From Cycas panzhihuaensis (Eukaryota; Plantae; Cycadophyta): 64,000 bases of DNA. The notes under the pieces are model-generated. The model did no database searches, was not told where the DNA came from, and saw only the letters and a program-made list of their open reading frames with translations. The stretch lies in the NCBI GenBank assembly GCA_023213395.1, contig CM041465.1, positions 220,727,741-220,791,740 of the forward strand. The letters run 5' to 3'. Within the stretch, counting starts at the first letter, position 1. Every line of letters starts with the position of its first letter. The position numbers and the translations under genes were made by a program. Positions 1 to 9,856 of this stretch are shown here, in pieces.

Positions 1-130
1 AATCTCAACAAATACTTCGAAAAGTAAATCTGAATCCGAATGGAAGAAATGACTGTAGTTCATATATATATAGTTCCTTTTCATAGGAAGTCTAAACCAA
101 ATAAAAGGGAAATATGAAGTAGCCATTCAC

Positions 131-346
131 CTTTCGAGGAGGCGTCCCTGGTCTAGATACATTAGCGTTACCAAATCCAAGTTTTCCCTTTTTCTCAGCT
201 GGCTTTAAAATCTGGAATGAGCACATCAATGTTTCGTCAACACTCATCAAAGCACCTGCATTGTCAAATTCTCCACAATAATTTGGAGCTGAAAATATAG
301 TAACCAGCTGCCTTTTTGCAAAGAACTCGTACCCATCTTCAACCAC
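131..346 (-). CDS. PP1: PP1 next coding exon (216 nt); a short terminal exon probably lies left of the window
   Basis: [49 protein letters not shown]...SRPGTPPRK, with the PP1-diagnostic SAPNYC and a C-terminal TPP motif. Acceptor tcag|GTG at 348-347; probable donor AAG|gtgaat at 130-129 (this boundary is inferred). Confidence 0.92.
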
Positions 347-435
347 CTGAAATTGAAGTTACAATTTCATCCATTCAGTATTCTGAAGTGAAGGGGGAAA
401 AAAGCAAACACACTTAAAGATACTAGGCAACACAC
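347..435 (-). other. 89-nt GT-AG intron of PP1
   Basis: GT and AG ends join AHQ|VVEDG in frame; T-rich on the minus strand. Confidence 0.93.
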
Positions 436-995
436 CTGGTGAGCTCGGCAGATAAGATCCAGATCATGCTTCTGTAGAAATTCAGTGACCTTATCCGGTC
501 CAAATGTGTACGATACACCTCTGTCATTCTCACCCCAACCTTCAATATCCTTATCTGGATCAGCCCAAAGAAGATCACACAAGAGACCCTGATCTGGCAC
601 ATCGGTGGGCCGTGCAATATTTCTGATCTGATCCAAGTGATTCAAATCAGGAGAAAGGCCACCATGCATACAAAGAATCTTCTCGTCAATAAGTGCAGCA
701 ACAGGCAAACAGTTGAAACAATCTGTGAAAATCTTCCACAGACGAACATTGAACCTTCGCTTACATTCATCATAGAAACCATATATTCTGTTGATGGAAG
801 CACACTCGTGATTTCCCCTCAAGAGGAAAAAGTTTTCTGGGTATTTGATCTTGTAGGCAAGGAGAAGACATATTGTCTCCAAACTTTGCTTTCCACGATC
901 CACGTAGTCACCCAGAAACAAATAATTTGCTGAAGGTGGAAAGCCACCATACTCAAATAGCCTCAAGAGGTCGGAGTACTGTCCATGGATGTCAC
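436..995 (-). CDS. PP1: Protein phosphatase 1 (PP1/TOPP) catalytic subunit, large internal coding exon (560 nt)
   Basis: Translation (G)[20 protein letters not shown]...GDYVDRG...LRGNHE...HGGLSP...LLWADP...RGVSYTFG...CRAHQ contains the PPP-family motifs GDxHG, GDxVDRG, GNHE and HGG. Minus-strand acceptor cag|GTGAC (AG at 997-996); donor CAG|gtgtgt (GT at 435-434). Confidence 0.97.
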
Positions 996-1086
996 CTGTT
1001 GTCCAAGCAACTCAGAAACTTAGAGAACGTTCCATCATGAAAAACAAACATTGAAAGGAAAAAATAAAATTCAAAAAAGATATGGA

Positions 1087-1670
1087 ACGACTACTAAATT
1101 TGCTTCCACCCCGCAAACCTCCTTGCCATAGGTTACAACCAAAATTATCACTGCAGCTCCAAAAGATGTAAATTCCTATAAAAAACCAAATCCAGCCTAA
1201 AAAGCGACCAACAGAATTGGACTTTCATTCATTGGTATAATGCAATCAAACATTAACAAAATAAGCACCCCTAACAAGGATTGAAACCTATAAAACAACT
1301 TTCATACAGATCAATTAAAATAAAAGGTGGAAGAACCTCAATCAAGAACAGACCAAGGACACAACTTGAGTTTTAAAATACCCAAGTGACAACTACTGAA
1401 TTTGCTTTCCTCCTGACAACCTCTTTGCCACAGATTACAACCAAAATTATCACCGCAAAGTCCAAATGAAACAAATTCATATAAAAACCAAATCCAACCT
1501 AAAAAATTACCGACAGAAGGTGACTTCTGTTGCTTGTTATAATGGGAGCAAACGGTAGCAAAATAAGTAAGCCTACTAAAACAACTTTCATACAGATCAA
1601 TCAAAACAAAGCATGCAAGTACCTAAATCAAGAACAAACATACCAAGAGCACAAGTTTCAGTTCAACATA
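1087..1670. repeat. Diverged ~300 bp tandem duplication (about 1087-1380 and 1389-1670)
   Basis: Shared blocks ttgcca..ttacaaccaaaattatca, aaaaaccaaatcca.cctaaaaa, aaaacaactttcatacagatcaat and aatcaagaaca recur at an offset of about 300 bp. Confidence 0.85.
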
Positions 1671-2059
1671 TTCTTCAACAAACAAAAGAGATTGTCTAGT
1701 AATAGAGTTTCTGATCTCTCACCTAGTAATACAAAATACAAAATGATTCAACAGCAATGATTCTTGCTACTCCCTGTTCAGTTCAAAAATAAATAACTCC
1801 AATTGTACAAACTGAAGCTTCCATTGCATATCCAAGAATATGTAGTTTTTTTAGTTTATATTCCAAAAATGAAAAACATTTTTGTATTTTGCCAATTATT
1901 TTCAAATAGCATATCTAAAGTTTAAAAATTTAAAGTACACGGAAAAGTTAGCAGCATTGTTACCATGAAATGCATATCGCACCGTTCTCCAAGAGCAAAA
2001 CATTTATGCATGAGAAATATATGAGAAACCACACTCTTAATTTTTCTTATTTTAAGTAG

Positions 2060-2062
<3 letters not shown>

Positions 2063-2111
<49 letters not shown>
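2063..2111. repeat. (TA)n microsatellite followed by poly-T
   Basis: Directly visible. Confidence 0.95.
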
Positions 2112-2188
2112 GAATTGGATGCTTCTATTAATTTCAAATATTATATACAGACACATGTCAGCATACACAATGTGTTGTGCACGCCACT

Positions 2189-5100
2189 TGTTGGATATAA
2201 TAACCAATTACACATTAACCCCATTAACACTCTCTTATGTATTTTTTAAATAATATATTGTTGGCCACCTTAACATGTGTGCCACCTTGATAAGTGTGCT
2301 AGCACACAAAGGTTGACCTTGAGAGTTATCACTTGAGGTGAGATGTTGTATAAGCATATACATGATCCTTCAAATAATCGAAAGTTTGACCATTCTTCCA
2401 CTAATACATTGTGCTTCATACTTGTACATATTTCATTCTTTTGTATCTCATTGCTTATTCTACACTCACCTCACTCATCTATTCTGTCCATTATTGGGTC
2501 CACTATCAGAGTCTCATCTAAAACCGATATTGTAGTATCATAGCCTCAACTCTAAACCAGCATCGTGGTATCAGAGCTCAAGGTTCAATTCTTAGTAGAC
2601 ATGTTAGAGCCTATTTTTCAGTCTTTTTAAAGCCATGTTTGTGTTGTTTTTGGAACATGTTTTAGACTCTGTTTAATGATTTAGTTATGTTATTTTTTGA
2701 AGAGATTTTCAAATTTTTGAGAGCTATTTTATCACAAGTTTATTAAATATTATTGGGGCTGACTCATTGCTGTTTTTTTCAGATTTTTGGGACTGTATTA
2801 TGATATTTTGAAGCCATTTAAAAGCTTTTTTAAACAATAAAAAGAGTTGTTCTATTGCAGATTTTGAGTTGGAGGCAATTTTTAAGCTATTCACAGTTTC
2901 TCTTTGAAGTTAACAATGTGGACAGCCTATACGTATGTGGCTAGCCCAAATAAAATTGCATGCAGGATCAACTGTTCTAGTCCACAACATTGTAAAGGAT
3001 GTTATCCTTTGCCATACTTTTATGAGTTTTTCAGTTGATATGTGTTCATGTTTTTTAAGCCAGTGGGCCCTGTTACAGAAATGATGCATGGATTGGGTGA
3101 AGAAGAAACGTTGATTGTCCAGAGATCAAAGTGATTCCATAAGTAGTTGTTTCTTGGCAAGATTGTGTAGCAGATCGTGTGAGCAACCAGCAAAAAAGGA
3201 AATCCAAAATTGAAAGGTTTGAAAGTAAAAAATGTATGTTTTTTAGCAAACCCTGCAGAGAATTTTCTATTCTTTTGAGAAATTATTTAGGCCTCCAAAT
3301 ATGTTTGGCCTTTAGATATGATGTAGGGCATGAGATTTTGCCCCTCAGAATTATGGAATTAATGTATAAGTCTATCTATATCATTTTTTAAAACCTCTGC
3401 AGGAAAAATGACAAGGTCCTTTGTTGTCTGATGATTCCTATATGAGGACAACTGCATGTACAAACACTTATTAAAAAAAAAAAAAAATAACAAGAACAAT
3501 GCATTTAGAGGTTGGCGGCTTGGAAGTGAATGCCTTGGAATGGATAGAGACAAATGTGGATGATGAGAGGATTAGACATAACTCGCTCGCAGGTAGAACC
3601 TAGATGCACTATCAAACTACAAATTGCAAGTGCCGAAGGGCAAAAAGAGAATCCCAAGGCAGGCAGCCTTGCATCAGACATGGAGAGCATACCTACCAGA
3701 CAATTTGAAGTAGGATCCCTTGACAAGTAGACGCAGAATCTTGGTCACATACAATGGAAAACACACAACAGATGGAACAGAAGAAGACTATTGCATACAT
3801 AAACGACTGCAACACATGCCCAAAGCCCCCGCATGAAGAGACGTCTCCAAAGAGGCGAGGCTTAGAATGAAGAAACCCAAACAAGGGCAGCAAAATACAT
3901 GGCGTTGATGAAGCAGATAGTCACCATGAAGAGCTATGAAGCAAATGCAAGGATTAGACAATTGCCGATGCCAATTGGAAACTTGCAAAAATTTTTGCAA
4001 AACCCTAATACATTTTGGTGGATGATTTCATTTTGGCAGACGACAAATATTTTTTGGCCTTTTTTCATGTTGGGCAGACATCAAAAATTATAGGCGAGAG
4101 TTTTTTTTTTTTTTTTTCTGCAATTGCAAAATTAAAATTAACTAAATTGAATTAAAATTTGAAACCCATGCTAACCCCTTGACAGTAAGCCCCTGGTCAC
4201 ATGGAACACTCACGTGACCTCAACTTCAGCGTGAAAGGGGCTAAACCCCTCTTTTTTTGCCCCTCTCACTTTTTAATGACATGACTGCACTATTTTCTTC
4301 GTAACTTGAGCTAGGAGAATCTATTTTCAGATCCAAAAAATGTGGTTAATTCCTTGTTCAGCCCTCTTCAATATAACAGCTCACATGACATAATTTAGAG
4401 CTGATTCGATAAGAAGTTTTCAACTGAAAGACAAAAAATTCAAAATTTATCTTTTTATGAATTTTTATTATGTTTAGGCACATTCATGTCGTTTTAAGGG
4501 TTCCAAATCATTTGATATTATTCATCTCGATGTAAAGTACTCCAAATAGGGGGGTGAATGTAAAAATTATCATATAGGCTCTAGTTGAGGCTCTAAGAGA
4601 ACCTCATTTTACATTAAATTTGTCAATAATTGTCATGGGAGAGAGTCATTTTAAAGTTTTTGTAAGTTACATCCATTTCATGTCATATTTAAGACATTTC
4701 AGGTCATTGACACATGTAATTCTAAACACTTATAATCCATAGAGGCATGTTTGTAAACCCATTGAAGCATATGTTAGGCCTTACAAGGCACACCATAGAG
4801 CCCCTTTATGATGTATTTTTGGCCATTGTAACTGATGATAGCTACTCATATTGTCCAATTTGGCAAGAGATGGGACCCTTCTCTATAGTTACTCTTGCAT
4901 TGATTTTTAGCTCACTTGTTCAATCACATAGAGCAGTGTATTCCTAGAGTGTAACTGACTTGGTGCTAATAGAACCACGTACACACGAAAGAGCAACCTA
5001 ACTAACTGGCAATCACAGCGATCAGTTATCCATGTGATCCGATAGATGAAACTCACTTCATATGGATGTCATTAGCAATTTATGTCATTTGAAACAGTTT

Positions 5101-5555
5101 GTTCTAACAAATATTTGAAGACCAAATTTATTGTTTGATGACATTTTACTCATGTAATTGTATATTACATAGAGGAATGTTGGATATAATATCCAACTAC
5201 CTTCCAACCCCATTTGCACTCTCTCTCGTGTTTTATGAATTTTATATTGTTAGCCACCTTTACATGTGTGCCCCCTTAATAAGTGTGCCATCACACAAAG
5301 GTTGACCTTAAGGGTTCTCACTTGTTGAAGTAAGATGTTCTATAAGTATGTGCGTCATTCTTTCTAATAATTTGAAGTTAGGCCATTATTCCCAATTTAT
5401 TGTGCTTCATACTTATACATGTTTCATTCTCTTGTATTTATTGATCTATCATACACTCACCTCATCATCTATTCTTCGTCTGTTATTGGGTCCACTATCA
5501 TTGCCTCCATCTAAAACCAACATTGCAGTATTAGAGTTTCAATTTGAATCCAACA
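2189..5555 (+). mobile_element. E1: non-autonomous LTR retroelement; LTRs 2189-2562 and 5178-5555, no recognisable gag/pol
   Basis: Both LTRs start TGTTGGATATAAT and end CA. Met-tRNA PBS TGGTATCAGAGC at 2566-2577; purine run AGAGGAA before the 3' LTR. LTRs are visibly diverged and flanks CCACT/TTGTT do not form a TSD. Confidence 0.85.
2566..2577 (+). promoter_or_regulatory. Primer binding site (initiator tRNA-Met) of E1
   Basis: TGGTATCAGAGC, 3 nt after the LTR-terminal CA. Confidence 0.9.
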
Positions 5556-6959
5556 TTGTTTCCATACATTCAAGCTAGAAAGCATGGTGTGAAGGGCAAG
5601 TCAATTGTACACATTGAGCATGCCTTCATAGGATTTGACCTCATGACTAAAGCAAACACTCCACCACCTTGCCAAGTGGGCAAACCTACTTTGATAGTAG
5701 CTTATATTTTAAATCTTAACAATAATGTGTTAATTTTTATAAGGTGCTTCTTAATTTTTGTCAAGGTTACATGTATTGTTTCATAAATAGGCATTCCATT
5801 TTAAATATTATAAACTTGCAAAGTGACACATTAGCTTGGAAGCCCATAGGTAATGTTCAGATGATGCAGAAATATAGCTTCTGTAGGTAGATGGTACACT
5901 CTTCATTCTTCCAGTATCCCACCTCCTACATCAGTCATAAGCCTTCTAAAAAGCCTGTCGTAGGTTAACTTTGGGCAGTGGAGAACCTTCATTAATTCAA
6001 TCTTCATTGTATGTGAAATCACAAATGCATGGTGATTGGACACAGCTTCAGGCTTTTTCTGAATTTGATTCAGCTTCAAGGTTCTCCCAAGCTAATTGAT
6101 GATTTTTTATTCTTGTTACAGCAATTTAATACAATGAAATGAAAGTATAAGATAGGAAAGAAAAAAAAGGCTTTATCAATAAGGCTAGAGTGTATTTTGG
6201 CATAACGACTTGCCTTGCATACTTACGTTTGAAAGTCCATCATGAACAAAAGTTTGTTTTGCAATGTAATTGACCACATTTTATTTTAAGTTGTAAATAA
6301 TTCAAACCATCACAGTAAAAGACTAAATAGTAGGTGAGATTCTAGTGTCTAGTAGACTCCTAGTCGAAAGTCTTGGTATGAACTTACCATTCAAGACACT
6401 AATCTAACAGTTCAATAGTAGGTGCATAAAATGGAGACTTTTACTATTACATAAAACTCCTTTCTTTATGTACTGTAAGTTGTTGGCCCCTGTATAACGG
6501 TATTATACTGAACAAACAAGACAAATCAACTAAATATTAACTTCAATATTATAGATCCTATAAATTTTCCCCGTGCCTCCCTTTTATGTTAAATGTATTG
6601 GTAATTATTAATAATATTTTAGGATACTATAACATGTTGAAAGTTCTTTATTTGTGTTTTCTTATTATTTATTTTCCGCGCTTCACCACATACAAACTGC
6701 AAAACTCTATCTTTCCTATTCATTGTTTAAAAACATCATTTTCAGTTTAACATTAAATGAGATAAGCCTATGAGAAAAACAAACTTTAATTGTCATTTTG
6801 ACATCCTTACCTGGGATGTGAGCCAGCTACTTCAAGAAGTGAGGAAGTGTTGTGTGACTGAAAGTGTGGATACTTGAGCAATTGCCAAAGGAAAAAGATT
6901 TGTATCACTATGGTTGATGATTCGAATATGGCAAATGGGTAGCGCAGACTTTAGGAAAG

Positions 6960-8274
6960 ACAGATTATAAAAAAAGGGAATATTTTTGAAATATCCCTTA
7001 TGTCATATCCTAAAGTTTAATTTGCAGAGTCTAAAATAAAAATTTTCGAATTTTCACCTGCAAGCAACGGTCAAGCGACTAATGCGATCATGCAGATGGT
7101 GACTACTCATAAACAAGGGTCAGATTGACGTGTGGCTTTCAATCTAGAGTCCTCAGATGGATATGAAGAAATGGGAGCAATTCCCTCATTTGGGCGGGTA
7201 CATGACAGTCTTGAGGAAATACAGACAGTGGTGAGAAAACAAAACCTTCGTGAGTGCTTTTTCTCTTCGAAATAGGTGTGGCCAAGGTAACACCACCTCT
7301 AGACAGCTTTAGATCATAGCCAGCAACTAAAATAGTTAAAGAACGAAATTTTTTGTGATAAAATTCACCCAGAACAGTGGAAAATCTGCCCAGCACAGTG
7401 TGCGTTAACCCAGATACAGTTGCAAGTCTGAGAATGAGTAGCTGCAGAAGATTTGAAGCCATCAAGGAGTGATTTACACAAAACTTAAAAATTTAGTTAA
7501 AAAATCTGCAAAAATATTTTTTTGATGCAGGCAATGAAAAAGTATAATGATTTTTGCTTGTATCCTCTGTTACAAGTACAAAATACACTTCAGAAAAATT
7601 TCAAAAATTAAATTGATTAATTTCTAGCTTCTAAAAATACTTGTGAGAAAAAAACAGTGCAAAGTTAGGCCAAACACAGCATTGAATCACGCTCAGAGAG
7701 CGAAGGTCTTCACCAAGGGTTTAGTGCATTTCTCCAAGCTCCAAATCAACAGGAACTCCTCACCAAGCAGCTCTGATACCACAATGACAGCCTAGGATCA
7801 TATGAGAAGCAAATGTGCTAGGAGATTTGATGATTAGCACAAAAGCAATAGCACCAAATAAATTAGCCAACAAGCAGGCAAATACTCAAGTATATGAAAG
7901 ACACAAGCAACGGAGGAGTAAGAATTATTCCTCACTCCAAAATAACAAGAATAACTTGTATTCAAATGAGTAACATATCAATACAATACATCACTCATGC
8001 TCTACATGAGAAAATGGTCTCAATATATAGAGGAGGAGGAGGAAGCTTAGGAGGCTACATGTTTGACACTTGTCAAACATGCACACCATGTCCCATGTGC
8101 ACTCACATGTGCAAAAGTACATGAGGGATACATTTACCCTCAAGTTACAACATTGTATTTACTAGAAAGAATGTGGATGTATACTTCACACTGAGTGGTA
8201 AAGAACTTTACATAAATTACATAACTAAACAATATAAAGTACACGACTTAACATTTAAACATAAAGATCTAACA
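6960..8274 (-). mobile_element. E2: truncated Copia-type 5' end (LTR 7785-8274, PBS 7770-7781, partial leader), related to E9
   Basis: gctctgatacca (reverse PBS-Met) sits next to a TG...CA segment ending ttaacatttaaacataaagatctaaca, which resembles the E9 LTR end ttaacatgtaaacataaggtttaaca. Shares the atgtttgac/gtcaaacat palindrome and the leader motif caccaagggttt with E9. Left boundary approximate; no second LTR seen. Confidence 0.75.
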
Positions 8275-9856
8275 CTTTGTGGAAGTTATGATTATAATCA
8301 TGATGTGCAGAGGCTGTGAATGTTTCCTATAGGAAAGAAATTAAGTAGCTTAAAGATCTAGAAGATGGATCAGTTACAACCTAGCAAAAAATAAACAAGA
8401 AGTCTGAAAATTTTCAGAGTTGTGATCATGACAATAATGCTTGGGAGTAAATTTTAATGATTAAATGAAAAGCACAATGAGATGGTGGAGGGTAGATTGA
8501 AACGCTGGATTCTCTCATTAGACAATGGTCATGATGAGAGGACATTAAAACTGCCTCTGTGGCTAGATTGTCTCCAAAGATGCAAATGTGGCCTTATACG
8601 TTTCCAGGGAAGCAATCATGAACAAAAACTTCGAAGGACAGTTGCTCACAGTATCACAAAGTTAGAGTAGTTGTACTGTGAAGGTTGTGAAATTTCAAGT
8701 TGAAAGGGAGGAGTTGGAGATGGTCTAAATAGAGTTTAAACAACTAACCTGATTTGTGATATGCAGGATAACATTTTAACTTCAGATGAACACAATTGAA
8801 TTGAATTAAGCAACAAGAAACAAATCTGAAATCATCTATAGATGATGGGGGTATGAGAAATTCGTTAGGAGGGCATGTGGTTGTGAATGGTCCTCTAGAA
8901 TACGTAGAAATATATGTTATTTGTGTAAGAAGATCATGATGAAGCAAATTGTCTGATTGAAGAAGAGTTGAATACAACTTTGAGAATAGATGGTGATGCT
9001 ATCAATGAGTCCGGCTATGTTGAGGTACAAAGAAGAATAATCAATGGAATTCAATTGCTATTGAAAAATCTAAGTCTTATGCACACCTTTTAAACAAATA
9101 CTTACATCATGTAAAATATGTAATTGTGAATCCTTCGTAAATGCACCCTTAGCAGTGGTATTATATTAAGGCTTTATTACACTCTAAAGTGATAGAATTG
9201 GGACGTAATAGGTCATAGTAAGCAAACCCATTGAATGTTAGTGGTTATTCCAAAACACTTCCAAAATTAAAAAGTCAAAAACTCACCTTAAAAGGGAATT
9301 CAACAAGCTTCCTCACCAAGGAAGAGGATAGGGAACGCTCACACATCTTCTACCTCATGCAAGAAAGGGGACTTCACTTACTCACAGTTTTGGCATATAG
9401 CAAGATTTGGGTGTTTTGGGTTTTCAATTTCCTTCAAGTTGGAAAACATAGAACTTAGATGCCATGGATATTTTCAACAAGCATGAATTGTTACATATTC
9501 TATAATATATTTTTATTTTTCATGAAAATAATACAAATAGAAATTGGTTCCTACCAAGCCAATTGGGAGAGAGGCTAATTATGTTCCCAATTTTGAAGGA
9601 ATTCTTGCTGAGATGATGGATCCAGCCATAGATGCCTCTACATGGGCTTTAGGTGACTAGATATGAATTGGTAGCATAGGCCCCGGGGACTGGGTCTTGG
9701 TCCCCCCTTTGTCAGGTCTGATAGAGTCCCCTTGCCCGCCTCAAGAGTTGGGGTCACTGGGGGGCGTGGCTCCAGGCCACGAGTGGCTTAATCCTTATTC
9801 CCAACAAGATTTCAAGAGTATGTACGATGAAGTCAATGGGACTCCCTGCCAACGAC

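Noticed and set aside
367-435. C-terminal tails of the ORF-track PP1 ORFs (VCCLVSL... and VNGYFIF...)
   Set aside because: Read-through into introns past GT donors at 435 and 130.
1922-2137. ORFs with IYIYIY runs (also 45272-45580)
   Set aside because: Artefacts of (TA)n microsatellites.
9660-9806. GC-rich patch ending ccaaca just left of E3
   Set aside because: Possibly an old repeat end, but no partner terminus, TSD or RNA-gene motif could be identified.
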